This document shows, piece by piece, positions 13,129 through 26,436 of a stretch of 64,000 bases of DNA. The first letter of the stretch is position 1. Each line of letters begins with the position of its first letter. The notes under the pieces were generated by a model. The model worked only from the letters and a program-made list of their open reading frames with translations, did not search any database and had not been told where the DNA came from. The translations under genes and the position numbers were made by a program. The DNA is from Malacoraja senta (lineage: Eukaryota): NCBI GenBank assembly GCA_038087875.1, contig JAXLNO010005841.1, positions 3,720,001 to 3,784,000 on the forward strand. Reading direction: 5' to 3'.

Positions 13129-14208
13129 GTGAGGCCCCTTCAAAGTTTGCGTCCGCTGTGCGCACCTACTTCAGAGTTGGTTTCGCTCGTTTTTGAAATT
13201 TCCTTTCTCAGTCCTTTCTCAGTCCCGCGCTTTATGAACGAGCGCAGGAGGTTTGCAGCCTTGGGGAATTGCACAGCAATGTGAATACGTATTGGGACAG
13301 CGATAGTACAGAGGGCGAAATGTTCAATGAGAGAGAGGTGCCAGTAACGGCTTGGCGTCCAACAAGCGTGGTTCTAGCGAGTGGTAGAGTTGATGCGTCA
13401 CAGCGCCAAAGACGTACGGTTCCATGTTGCCTACGGGTGTTTTCTACGTGATCTTTGCACGTTCTCTCTGGGAATACGTGGGATTTCTCGGGGTGCTACG
13501 GTTTTCTGCCGCACTCCTCAGACGTACATATTTGCAGGTTAATTGGCCGAATGGCAGGGAGGTAAAAAAAACGTTGAAAGCCCACTGGTGAAATCCATCG
13601 GTGGAACTGCAGTGATTCCTAGGACCTTACACTGTGGAATGTTGGAGCCATGGCGATTTGTCCTCGGCGACACTCTTAATAAATGGGATTAGTACATATA
13701 GAGAATAGGTAGATAGATAGATCGATTGATAGATGTGTGGGTAGATGTTTCGGTAGCTGGATAGATAGACGGATGGGGATTGATGGGTGGAGTGGTGGGG
13801 GACATATGGGTGGACGGATGGTGGTCAGGTGGTGGACAGATGGGTGGATAATGGATGGACAGGTGAATTTTTAAATGATATTATAATCATAGTATGCCCT
13901 ACTCTCTTGGGCAGATTAGTGGCTATAGATGGTGGATTCCAGAGCAATAGCTGGAGTGACTGCGAGCAACATCAATGGAGTCAAAATGATGGTGGACAAT
14001 TTGGGTTGAGATTGTGCCTTCCATACCATCTCTTTCCCTTCACAAATGCTGCTCAGCATGTTGTGTTCCTTCATCAGTGTGTTCTTGGCTCCCTCCAAGG
14101 CAGTGCGTTCTGGACTAACAACAGTTTGAGTCTAAAATATAACTCGCATCACCACCCCCTCCCACTTCAGACCTACCCGTTGTTTTACTAAATCTTTCCA
14201 ATCTCCAG

Positions 14209-14499
14209 ATGTACCTGATCAACCCGAGATTTTTATCCCGGGAACTCTCACAGAAGGGACCCCGGTGAACATCATCTGCAAAGCCCTCTACACCTGTCCT
14301 GATCAACGCCCATCCCTCACCTGGAGTGAGCTGCCAGATTCCACCATCATTGTGCTTGTGGATAAAAGGAGGGGTGAAATTTCCACTGTCTTGAATTTAA
14401 CTCCTTCCGTCGCTCATCACGGTCAAACGGTTCGCTGTACGGTTGACTACTTTGATACGAGTCACAGACTGGAAAACTCCGTTACCCTGAATGTAACAT
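14209..14499 (+). CDS. MAG/Siglec-like gene, first C2-set Ig exon
   Basis: Phase 1/1 exon: DVPDQPEIFIPGTLTEGTPVNIICKALYTCPDQRPSLTW...HGQTVRCTVDY...VTLNVT. The TCP cysteine is typical of Siglec domain 2. Donor gtaagt. Confidence 0.93.
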
Positions 14500-15059
14500 G
14501 TAAGTATTTTTATAATAAATTATTATAGTCAAAGAGTCACCGATTCGTGCAGCAGAGAAACGGAACATTCCTTCCACCTTATCCATGGCATCTAGTTGGC
14601 TTTCTTTGGGCGTCGCGTCTACCTGCATTTGGGCCCTATCCCTCGAAATACTTCTCATCCATATATCTGCAAAGCCGTCTTTGGAAAGTTATAATTGTCG
14701 TTCATAGCTTCCCCAGGCAAAGAGTTTCAGATCCGGATTACAATCTGCGATCCTCCATTTTAGAATCTTCTTCCAGAGGTTCAATTTATGCGTGCTCTTG
14801 TAGACGAAAAATAAAATCACCCGTTAGCCTCCTGCGTTCTGAACACAAAATGGCCAGGTATGCCCAGTCTACCTCCATAATCCAACCCTTTACACGCAAT
14901 TGACATCCCGAGTGAATCCCTTCTGCATATATTTTACATCGTAATTATATCCTTCCATTTTTGGGCGAAAACTCTCGCTGGGGCACATGAGCGCCATGAT
15001 GAACATTTATACCAAGAGGATTGGAATAAAATAAAAGATAGGTAACGCTGAGGCTGTAT

Positions 15060-16220
15060 AAGGCGGTGTTCAGGCCCCCTTTGGAGTACTGAGAGAACAT
15101 TTGAGCCCATTATCTAAAAAGGGCTGGCTCTAGAGGGTACAGAGGAGGTTTACAAGAATGATTCCTGGAATAGGTGGGTTAGCATGTGATGAGCGTTTGA
15201 CAGCACTGGGCCTCTACACGCTGGCGTTTAGAAGGTTGAGGGGGGTCCTCATTGGAACTTACAGAATAATGGAAGACATGTACAGTGTACAGGATGTATT
15301 CTGTCTCACGGTGTGTCTCTGTCTCACGGTGTTGCGGTCATCGGCGGTGAAGCGCGGTGAAGCGCGGCTTCGCCCGTAGAGGGGACCGCACGGCAACGGC
15401 GAGAGCGCCGAGCTTATGCTGCGGGAGCGCCGCACGGATGCTGCGCGGGGGCCGAGTGATTTAAGTACGGCTGGTCCCACGAGCTTGCGGTAAGTTAAAA
15501 AAAAGGGCGGGCCGACTGCGGTCACGTCATTTCGGATCTGAGGGGCTGTGGCGGCGGCCGTGCTGATCGCGGCGCTGTGGCGGCGGCTGTGGCGGCGGCT
15601 GTAGCGGCGGCCGTGCTGATCGCGGCGCTGTGGCGGCGGCCGTGCCGGCGGCCGTGCCTCACACGTGCCTCACTGGCGGAGGCTGTGGCGGTGAAGGTTC
15701 TACTCACGGCGCTCGTGCCACACTGGCGGCGGCTGTGGCGGCGACCGTGCCGCACTCGTGCATCACTGGCGGCGGCTGTTGCGGTAGGAACATATTTTTG
15801 AACAGTGTTGGTTTTATTTTAGCACCGTGCAGTGTTGGGAACAACGCCGCACGGCCCCGGAATTTTGCGTTTGACCGAGCCTGCGGTCTCTGGCGGCCCA
15901 GGAGCGGTAGATAGTTCCTGTTTCGCCGCCAATGACCGCAGACTCATGCGACAGGCCTTTAAGACCACAGGTTATAGCCTCAGAATTAAAGGTGTTCTTT
16001 TAGAAATGATGTGAGGAGGAACATCTTTAGTTAGAAGGTAGCTAATCTGTGGAACTCATTACCACAGAGGGCCGTGGAGGCCAAATCGGTGGATACGTGT
16101 GAGGCGGAGGTAGATATTCTTGATTAGAACGGGAGTAAAGGGTTATGGGGAGAAGCCAGGAAAATGGGATTAGAACAGCCATGATTGAATGGCGGAGTAG
16201 ATTCGATGGGCGAATGGCCT
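15060..16220 (+). mobile_element. CR1 3' fragment interrupted by a ~650-bp CpG-rich insertion (15301-15955)
   Basis: CR1 homology on both sides. The insert contains gctgtggcggcg-type tandem repeats. Confidence 0.6.
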
Positions 16221-18496
16221 AAGTGTACTCCAATAACATGTGCACTTATGACAGCTGCATCGTGGTATCCCAAATGTTATCGTCAATATCATTCCAAATG
16301 CGGTCAATCATACTAAACGCCTCTTGCCATTCTATCCACATAAAAAAAACACTTTCAGGGAACTGCGCTCCAATTCCTATACCGGGAACCGTTCACTCCA
16401 CATCTTGTCCGTGCACTCCACATCTTGTTCTCTATTATGTTGCACTCTCAGAGAATCTGTAAATCCAGCCCTGGCTTGACATATGAAATTGAAACAGCTA
16501 ACACTTGCCAGAGTATTATCTGTATTGTGAACATTATTCCTTCAAAGAGGGCATCACAAAGGAAAAGCAAGTTACGTGAATATGACACAGTTGATGAAAA
16601 AATAAATCCGTTGGTTAAAATTGAAATCCATTTGAGGGACAGCATTTCATATTTCGCTTGGGCAGCTTGGAACCCAGTGGTATGAATATTGATTTAACTA
16701 ACTTCAAGAAACCCTTGCACTCCCTCTCTCTCCATCCCTCCCCCACTCAAGTCGCATAAGTTTCCCGTTCTCACCAAGCAAGCAGCTAACAATGGCATGT
16801 TTCCATTAACATTGTAACCTTTTTATATATGTTTCATTCATTTGACCAATATCTCTCTACATCATCTTTTTAGACTCAACTCAAAATCAATTATCAGTAC
16901 TTCACACCCAGGCAGTTAAAAGGAAAGCCAACCTCATTACACAGGATCCCACCCACCCCCTGCACAAGTCCTCCCAACTTCTGCCATCAGGCCGCCGATA
17001 TAAAGTCCCACTATCTAAGAAAAACATCCACAAAAACTCATTCATACCCATTGCCATAAACAGCTTAAATAAAAAATGAGCAATGGACAAATTAACCCTG
17101 ACGCACTGTCACTTTACTCGTATCCACAACTTTCATCTTGTCTATTTTTACAGTTTTTAATCCTTATACTTGCTTTTAAGATCTATACACACGGTGTGTG
17201 CTCGCAGAAATCTGTGTTGTATGACTGCTTATCAGTACATTGTCCTGTTTGTATGTTGAGCCACACCAAAGAAGATTTTCTGTTACGACAGACAATAACG
17301 TTTTCTGAATCTGAATCTGAATTTATCATTGTCTATATCTCTCGTTTCCCTTTCCCCTAACTAGTTTGAAGAACGGTCTCGACCCGAAACGGCACCCATT
17401 CCTTCTCTCCAGTGATGCTTGTAGTCCCACTGAATTACTCAAACATTTTCTGTCCATCATCTGGTTAAACCAGCATCTGCAGTTCCTTTCTACCCTTTGA
17501 TTATACGGCTGCTCTTGGAAGAATGTGCATATCTCCCGTCCTTGTGGTCTTTGATTAGATCATAGTCAGCGCAGTACATTTTATTTTTTTAATGTCATAT
17601 ATCATGGTTAGACCACACCAAAGTACCGGACACGGATAGAATACACGGATTGTCGTGGATGAAGCTAGAGTCATACAGCCCGTTCGGCACAACTTACCCC
17701 TATCTACAATGATGGTTCACATATCCCAGTTCCACCTGTCTGCATTTACCCCTTAATCCTCTAAACCTTTCCTATCTATCTACCTGTCAAAATGCCTTTT
17801 ATATGTTGCTCTAATTCCTGCCACAACGAATTCTTGCGGTCGCTCGTTCATGACACCTAACATCCACCATGTAAACAGTTGTGCATCAGGTTCCTATTAT
17901 TTTCTTCCCCTTTCACATTAAACGTACGTTCTCTGGTTCGTGTACCCTTACTTAGGAGAAGGGACTCAGTGCATTTACTCTATCTATTCCCCACATGATC
18001 GTTCTCACAGGTATAAGATCATCCCTCGTTCCCCTTTGCTCCAAAGAACGTAGTCCTAACTTGCCGAACCTTTCCTTTTTCACACATGCAATATAGTCCT
18101 GGCAATATACTTGTAAATCGTCTCTATATTCTTTCTAGGTTCACAACATCTTCCTTTAGCAGTGTGACCATAATTAAACAGTTCCGGAAATGCGGCTGCA
18201 CCAATATTTTGCACATGTATAACATAGCATCATAACTTCTAGAGTCATAACCCAAACCGAGGAAGGCCAATGTACCGAAAGCCTTATTGACCAACGTAAA
18301 TACCAGTGACGGCACGTTTATTTAACTATATACCTGCACTCCTTTTCACGAAGACATTGTCCAGCACCCTGCCTTTTACTGTGTGGGTCTTGCCCTGGTT
18401 TGACTTACCAAAATGCAACACCTCGCATTTATCTGCATTGTATATCATTAAAGATTCATCTGCCCACTTGCCCAAATGATCAAGTTTCTGCTGTAG

Positions 18497-19327
18497 TCTA
18501 TTTATTACTAAAACTCTCATCTTGTTTGTGATTCTGTGTGCGTGCGTGTCTGTGTGCGTGTCAAAGAGCTCCAGGAACTACGCCAAAACGGTACACAATA
18601 GCGCTGCAATTTTTGTACCACCTTACTCACAATTGTCTTGTGGTGTGTTTTTTTTAAATCAAGTTTCGTTCAGAGTTATGATATATTTTACAAGTTATTC
18701 ACTTTTTAACTTCATAAAATCCAGTTTGAGGAAGAATCAGTTGAACTTGTTGTGGCAGTTGCAGTGGCAGTTAGCAGCTATGATGTCACAATGGGATCTC
18801 ATTTACACAAATTGCCCGTGAGCAGTGCGTCCCCCGACAATTACATCACAATGGGACATAATTTACATTAACTGCCCATCATCAGTGTTCCACCCAGTGC
18901 AGTAAGAGATTTGTTACATTGTTGCTATGAGACGGAGGGAGTGGGGGAGGGAAGGAGGAGAAATGTCGGATACGGGAGAGGTGATGAGTGGGGGAGCAGA
19001 GTGATAGAGGGAGAGGAGGGGGATAGGGAGAGAGAGGGGTTATCGAGGGATGGAGGGAGGGAGAGGTGACGGAGTGGAGCAGGAGATGAGGAGAGGGGAG
19101 GGGATAGAAGAGGAAGGGTGAAGAGGAGGGGGTTAGTGTTGGTGGATGAGGGGAAATGAGCCGTACCTGCGCATTTTGGGGCTATGCGTGAGTGGTGGAA
19201 TACTGCATTGGGGAACGGGTTGCGTTGGGGGAACGGGTTTGTGGTGGAAACGGGCTGCGTTGGGGGTGGGATGACTGGTGAAATATTGCTTTGGGGGAAC
19301 GGGGCCCAACGGGTCCCACTTGGTCTA
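18497..19327 (+). mobile_element. Complete non-autonomous Helitron-like element (~830 bp) inserted in a LINE remnant
   Basis: 5' TCTATTTATTACTAAAAC, 3' hairpin ggggcccaacgggtccc then CTAG|T, no TSD. The base before the 5' TC is G rather than the canonical A. Confidence 0.6.
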
Positions 19328-20083
19328 GTTTTTTAATAAATATCTTGGTTATCTATGATATAACCATGGTACAGTGATATCCCCAATCTTACTGATCAGA
19401 CCTCGTATATTTCCATCTGATAGAAAACACTGCTCAGATCACAACTGACCTGTCATTGTGCCGTTATGCTGGAAAGTGTACAGGATGGAATTACGAGAAT
19501 GATCCCCCGACTTGAGGGCCTGCGTTACAGACAAAGGTTGTGCATGCCAGGACTTTAATTTTTGGAGCGCAGCAAGATAGCAATATTTAGATTTAGAACC
19601 TGAGGGGCAACATACTCTCTCTCAGAGAGTCCTGATTTTGGACACTTGGAATATTCTGGTACGCTTTATCGATTGGAAAATGTCCTTGCGATTATGACAG
19701 AGTTACCCCGTTGAACAGGCCAAACCTTTGCGACGAATGTCCTTCTATAATAGGGAGCTGATGATATATTTCCAAAGTGATGTGGGACGCAAGTAACACG
19801 TGGGAGCTACCCTCCCTTGCGTCCAAATCCTCGGTCAATATTGGCGGTAGAAGACGTAGCTTGCGGTCTCAGTAGGTAACAGCTTACATGCTATAAGAGG
19901 TTGTTTGTGTGGACATAAATGACTGTTGTCCGAGGCAGGGTCGGTGTTTGGCTGGTGGATATTGTGGCAGTTAACTGGGCTGCTTGTCTTCGTCGGTTGG
20001 CGTTTGCCAGACACGCGTCACGCAGGAGACGATAGGTTTCCATTTCTATCCCGCTAACATGCTGATGATGTTCTGTTTCCAAG

Positions 20084-20344
20084 ATTCCCCCCGGAACACG
20101 GTGGTCGAGTGGAACTTCAAAGAAGCCAACACGATTTCCCTGCGTTGTTCCAGTGACGCCAACCCCAGTGCCACCAGTTTCTCCTGGTTCAAGGTCACCC
20201 GTGGCGTTGAGACTGATCTAAGGCGGGAAATTCAAAATATCACCGTTCACCTTGATTCGGAAAAGGCAAAAACATCCTACAGCTGCACGGCGACAAACGC
20301 TCTTGGGAGCTCACGTTCCGCGCCCGTGCGAGTCCGCAGTCAGC
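20084..20344 (+). CDS. MAG/Siglec-like gene, second C2/I-set Ig exon
   Basis: Phase 1/1 exon: YSPRNTVVEW...ISLRCSSDANPSATSFSWFK...SYSCTATNALGSSRSAPVRVRSQ. Donor gtgagt. Confidence 0.92.
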
Positions 20345-21404
20345 GTGAGTATTTGTTGTGATCGGATGACCGAGCCATTGGCTACTTGGTATCTGAGATG
20401 AGGACTACCTCCGATAAATGTCTATTTCCGCGTTTGCTAAACATCTACCTGTTTGACGCAGCCTATCCACAAATTCCTCACAGCGAGTGCCTTGGAAAAA
20501 CTGTGACGCAAGTACAGAAGGAACCCAAAATTTCACTGGAGCCTTTTCTATTATTCCGTCGGATACTGGTTCCAATTTGAAATCGAACTTCACACATTGC
20601 TCCCCTACCGCACCCATGGAGATTAACTGTCAAAAAAACTCATACAAACAGCATCGATCCGTAACAATACTTAGACACAGGGCGATATCATTAGGACCCT
20701 TTAGTTTACCATGTCATACCCATGATTGCGCAGAACCTATATTCCTTAATGGCATTCTGATCGTTCAACAGATAGACACAACATGCAAGAGTAAATCAAC
20801 GGGTCAGGGAACATCTGTGGAGAAGAGGTATGGGTCATAAACCAGGTTTGTCATAGAACAATACAGCACAGATACAGGCCCTTGGACACACCATACCAAA
20901 CATCAAACCTCGAATTGTACAGTGATCATTGCTGAATTCATTTTATTCCACATTCCCATCAACGCTTAGGTTTCCACTAGATGTTAAATGAGTAGCAGGA
21001 TCTGGACCCTTGATGAAAATGTAAGCACATTAAATTGTAATTCGCGTACATGGGCAATTGATGGTCGGCATGCGTTTGCTCGGCCAAATGGCCTGGTTCA
21101 TTGTTCCATATCCCTATTGTACAATTATGCCAGGATTACACCACTCATCTATGCGTCGGAGGCGACCTACACCGTCCAATTGACCTATTAAACAACATGT
21201 TTATGGGTTGGTGTAAGTTAACAGATCCGGCAGTATATTTGGAGAAAGGATAACCGACGTTTCGGGCCGGGAACACTTCTTCAACGATTGTAGTGAGTAC
21301 ATGGGAGAGAAAGCTGAAAAAGAGGCGGGGCAGAACGAGTCAGATTGATGGTGCCGCATAGATGATGCTCGAACAAATCCTTCTTGACCAAGTCAGATTG
21401 ATTA

Positions 21405-22921
21405 TAGAAACATAGAAACGTAGAAAATAGGTGCAGGAGTAGGCCATTCGGCCCTTCGAGCCTGCACCGCCATTCAATATGATCATGGCTGATCATCCAA
21501 CTCAGTATCCTGTACCTGCCTTCTCTCCATACCCCCTGATACATTTAGCCACAAGGGCCACATCTAACTCCCTCTTAAATATAGCCAATGAACTTGCCTC
21601 AACTACCTTCTGTGGCAGAGAATTCCAGAGATTCACCACCCTCTGTGTGAAAAATATTTTTCTCATCTCGGTCCTAAAAGATTTCCCCTTTATCCTTAAA
21701 CTGTGACCCCCTTGTTCTGCACTTCCCCAACATCGGGAACAATCTTCCTGCATCTAGCCTGTACAACCCCTTAAACATTTTGTAAGTTTCTATAAGATCC
21801 GCCCTCAATCTTCTAAATTCTAGCGAGTACAAGCCAAGTCTATCCAGTCTTTCTTCATATGAAAGTCCTGACATCCCAGGTATCACCGGGGAACCTTCTC
21901 TGTACTCCCTCTATGGCAATAATGTCTTTCCTCAGATTAGGAAACCACAACTGTACGCAATACTCCAGGTGTGGTCTCACCGAAACCCTGTACAAATGCA
22001 GTAGAACGTCCCTGCTCCTATACTCAAATCTTTTTGCTATGAATGCTAACATACCATTCGCTTTCTTCACTGCCTGCTGCACCTGCATGCCTACTTTCAA
22101 TGACTGGTGTACCATGACACCCAGGTCTCGTTGCATCTCCCCTTTTCCTAATCGGCCACCATTCAGATAATAGTCTACTTTCCTGTTTTTGCCACCAAAG
22201 TGGATACCCTCACATTTATCCACATTATACTGCATCTGCCATGCATTTGCCCACTCACCCAGCCTATCCAAGTCAACTTGCAGCCTCCTAGCATCCTCCT
22301 CACAGCTAACACTGCCCCCCAGCTTCGTGTCATCCGCAAACTTGGAGATGTAGCATTCAATTCCCTCGTCCAAATCATTAATATATATTGTAAATAGCTG
22401 GGGTCCCAGGACTGACCCTTGCGGTACCCCACTAGTCATTACCTGCCATTCTGAAAAGGACCCGTTTACTCCTACACTTTGCTTCCTGTCTGCCAGTCAG
22501 TCTCTATCCACATCAATACTGAACCCCCAATACCATGTGCTTTAAGTTTGTATACTAATCTGTTATGTGGGACCATGTCGAAAGCCTTCTGAAAGTCCAG
22601 CTATAACACATCCACTGGTTCTCCCTTATCCACTCTACTAGTTACATCCTCGAAAAATTCTATAAGATTCGCCAGACATCATTTACCTTTCATAAATCCA
22701 TGCTGACTTTGTCCAATGATTTCACCACTTTCTAAATGTGCTGCTATCCCATCTTTAATAACTGACTCTAGCAGTTTCCCCAGTACCGATGTTAGACTAA
22801 CTGGTCTGTAATTCCCCGTTTCCTCTCTCCCTCTCTTTTTAAAAAGTGTGGTTACATTAGCTACCCTCCAATCCTCAGGAATTACTGCAGAATCTAAAGA
22901 GTTTTGAAAAATTATAAAGTA
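21405..22921 (-). mobile_element. 5'-truncated CR1-type LINE with internal deletion
   Basis: ORFs 21502-23053 contain RT motifs (GVPQGSVLGP, FADDTK) and the 3' tail. Confidence 0.92.
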
Positions 22922-22922
22922 T

Positions 22923-24612
22923 TCTGTGAACTGTGAAGAGGATGTTAGGAGGTTGCAGGGTGACCTGGACAGGTTGATTGAGTGGGCAGATGCGTGGCAG
23001 ATGCAGTATAATATAGATAAATGTGAGGTTATCCACTTTGGCGGCAAAAACAAGGGGACAGATTATTATCTCAATGGGAGGGACACAAAAATGCTGGAGA
23101 AACTCAGTGGGTGCAGCAGCATCTTTGGAGCGAAGGAAATAGGCAACGTTTCCGGCCGAAACCCTTCTTCAGACTGATAGGGGGTGGGGAGTAGAAAGGA
23201 AACAAGGGAAAAAGGCGGAGGAGGAGCCCGAGGGCTGGGGGAGTGGGGAGGAGACAACCAGAGGGCTGATGAAGGGGATGGGACAGCAAGGGCTAGCAGA
23301 ATTGGGAGAATTGAATGTTCAAGCCCCCAGGATGTACACTGCCCAAGCGGCATATGAGGTGCATTTCCCCCAATTTCCGGTGTTGCTGGCTGTGGCCATG
23401 GAGGAGACCCAGGACAGAGAGGTCAGATACGGAATGGGAGGGGGAGGTGAAGTGCTGAGCCACCGGGAGGTCAGGTTGGTTATTGCGGACCGACCAGAGG
23501 TGTTCGGCGAAACGATCGCCAAGCCTCCGCTTGGTCTCACCGATGTAGATCAGCTGGCATCTAGAGCAGCGGATGCAATAGATGAGGTTGGAGGAGATGC
23601 AGGTGAACGTCTGTCGCACCTGGAACGACTGCTTAGGTCCTTGAATGGAGTCGAGGGGGGAGGAGAAGGGACAAGTGTTGCATCTCTTGCGGTTGCAAGG
23701 GAAAGTACCCGGGAGGGGGTGGTACGGGAAGGAAGGGAAGAATTGACAAGGGAGTTACGGAGGGAGCGGTCTTTGTGGAAGGCAGACATGGGGGGAGATG
23801 GGAAGATGTGGCGAGTGGTGGGGTCACGTTGGAGGTGGCGAAACTGACGGAGGATCTCAATGGGGTTAGGTTAGGTAAGGGGGAGGTACAGCGAGACCTG
23901 GGTGTCCTTGTACACCGGTCACTAAAAGGTGGCGTGCAGGTACAGCAGGCAGTGATGAAAGCTAATGGGATGTTGGCCTTCATAACGAGAGGATTTCAGT
24001 ATAGGAGTAAAGAGGTTCTTCTGCAGTTGTATAGGGCTCTGGTGAGAATACATCTGGAGTATTGTGTACAGTTTTGGTCTCCTAATTTGAGGAAGGACAT
24101 CCTTGTGACTGAGGCAGTGCAGCGTAGGTTCACGAGATTGATCCCTGGGATGGCGGGACTGTCATATGAGGATAGATTGAAAAGACTAGGCCTGTATTCA
24201 GTGGAGTTTAGAAGGATCAGGGGGGATCTTAAAGAAACATATAACATTATAAAAGGACTGGACAAGCTAGATGCAGGGAAAATGTTCCCAATGTTGGGCG
24301 AGTCCAGAACCAGGGGCCACAGTCTTAGAATAAAGGGGAGGTCATTTAAGACTGATGTGAGAAAAAACGTTCTCACCCAGAGAGTTGTGAATTTGTGGAA
24401 TTTCCTGCCACAGAGGGCAGTGGAGGCCAAATCACTGGATGGATTTAAGAGAGAGTTAGATAGAGCTCTCGGGGCTTGTGGAGTCAAGGGATATGGGGAG
24501 AAGGCAGGCACAGGTTATTGATACGGGACGATCAGCCATGATCACAATGAATGGCGGTGCTGGCTCGAAGGGCCGACTGGCCTCCTCCTGCTCCTATTTT
24601 CTATGTTTCTAT
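22923..24612 (+). mobile_element. 5'-truncated CR1-type LINE, interrupted by a Penelope insertion
   Basis: ORFs 22926-23177 and 23775-24521 join into the CR1 ORF2 C-terminus. Confidence 0.92.
23079..23853 (-). mobile_element. Penelope-like retroelement 3' part with GIY-YIG endonuclease
   Basis: ORF 23293-23619: NLIYCIRCSRCQLIYIGETKRRLGDRFAEH. Flanked by the 11-bp direct repeat atctcaatggg (23068-23078 and 23854-23864). Confidence 0.92.
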
Positions 24613-24930
24613 GATTCGGAAATGGTTTATCTCCTTCTCCCGCATTATCAGTTTCCAAAGCGCCACAATTTCTGCGACATTTGCAAACGTACACACTTAC
24701 TTACCTACACTTACGTTCAAGGACAAACATGGTTTTTGTTTACTGGAACGTTGAAGGGTCCGAACCCGAAACATATGTTCTCTCGTCTTTGACATTTCCT
24801 GTTTGCGAAAGAGGTCCTTAATTTCACACGATGGATGCCTCTCATAATTTTCTAGATCAATCAACAAATGAACATTTGCATTAATGTAGGACGTTTGTAT
24901 AAACTCGATTTTTCCCCCAAGACCTTGCAG

Positions 24931-25242
24931 ATGAAGTGGCCGTTCTGTCCTGGTCGCGATGCGCGAGGTATCCCACCAACGTGACCTGCCGCTGCATTGT
25001 GCAATCCAACTCCCCCGTCAACGTAACATGGGGATTCCTGAACCGGACGATCACGATGACGGACACGGCCGGGGACGTCCGGGCAGATTGCGTTCGCCTC
25101 GGTTCGCTGGTGATCATCACACTGATCGTCCGCGGGGTAAACCTGACGGTGGAGACTGTGAACTTCTCGGCATCCAACCCTCTGTGGCTGGTCCCGTTGC
25201 GGGCGGAGCTGGAAGTCCGGACAGACGATGGGACGGGAGACG
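24931..25242 (+). CDS. MAG/Siglec-like gene, MAG-domain-5-like Ig exon
   Basis: Phase 1/1 exon: HEVAVLSWSRCARYPTNVTCRCIVQSNSPVNVTW, compared with MAG d5 SHCAAARDTVQCLCVVKSNPEPSVAF. Alternative in-frame acceptor at 24922. Donor gtaaga. Confidence 0.88.
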
Positions 25243-26295
25243 GTAAGAACTGAGTGTAAAGATGAACGCGGCGGAATTGGAAGAGGATGTGGTTGGCGCG
25301 AGGAGAACTTGCCAAATTGAGGTAGCACCAGGCATTCCAGCCTCTTGCTGTTGCTAACAACACACGTAAATCTAGCGCAGCGGGCAAAGCCTCCGCCTTG
25401 CGGCTCGAGAAACCCGGGTTAGTTCCGACCTCCGCCGTTGTCTGTGTGGAGTTTGCTAGTTCTCCGTGTGACTGGGTGGGAGATGGAATACATCGCAGCA
25501 AAGTGCGCGGTCATGCACTTTCCGAGTGGGAATAAAGGCGTAGACTATTTTCCAAATGAGGAGAGGATTCAGAAACCGCAGGTGTAAAGGGCCTATGGAG
25601 AGCTGGTGCAGGATTTCCAAATTGTTAATTTGAAAAACGAATCCGTAGTAAGTAAGGCAATGCAATGTTCTCATTTATTTTGAGAGGACTCATTTTTTTC
25701 CCAAAAACTCGTACGTATATTGAGGCTTGATAAGTGACTGGCCAGACACCATTTGTAGTATTGTGAGCAGTTTCGGGCCCCACATCTGAGGAGAGATGCG
25801 CTTGCTTCGCACATAGAAGGTTTACGAGAATGATGTTGAGGATGATTGGTGTAAAGTATGACGAGCGTTCGACGGCTCTGGGCCTCTACTCGCTGCATAT
25901 TAGGACTAGGGGGGACCTAATTGAAACTTACCGAATAATGAATGGCATGAATACAGTGGATATTGGAAAGATGTATCAACTACTGGAAGAGTCCAGGACA
26001 GAAGGGCATGGCCGAAATATAAAATGACGTGACTTGATAAAGGTGGTGAATCTGAGGAATCCATTGCCACAAACGGCTGCGGAGGCGGTCTTTGGGTATT
26101 TTAGAAGCGGAGGTTGATTGATCCTTGATTAATAAAGGTGTCAAAGGTTTCAGGGAAATGATCGGTGAAGATTCTCAGTTCAACTAATGTCTCAAGTCTG
26201 CTAAAGTACAAACTGTGTAAACATTAGAAATGGCTTAGTGCGATGGAAGAGGTGTCTTACAATCTTCTTACAAACTTAGATTCCCTCTTTTTCAG

Positions 26296-26436
26296 GTGCA
26301 ACGCATTCCAGTTCTGTGGGTCATTTTTCCCCAAACGAGATCCCAATGCTCCAAGAACCAGAACTCTCCCTCCTGCACCTGCTCCTCAGCCACACACTCG
26401 TTCGCCTAATCGTTTTCTCTCCACGCTCACTAGAAG
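26296..26436 (+). CDS. Candidate stalk or alternative exon of the MAG/Siglec-like gene
   Basis: Good acceptor ttccctctttttcag, open in phase 1 (GATHSSSVGHFSPNE...), phase-1 donor GAAG|gtgaca. No homology support. Confidence 0.25.

Noticed and set aside
15541-15790. Short GC-rich repeats as a CRISPR-like array
   Set aside because: The DNA is eukaryotic, the units are irregular and abutting with no unique spacers, and there are no cas genes.
21405-24612. Head-to-head CR1 pair as a twin-priming 5' inversion
   Set aside because: Both halves contain the same 3' region and look like different subfamilies, so they are independent insertions. The 10482 junction looks like a deletion between two elements.
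14500-24900. Search for a fifth Ig exon expected for true MAG
   Set aside because: Only TE fragments and non-coding DNA were found, so the gene is called MAG/Siglec-like rather than MAG and is given no symbol.
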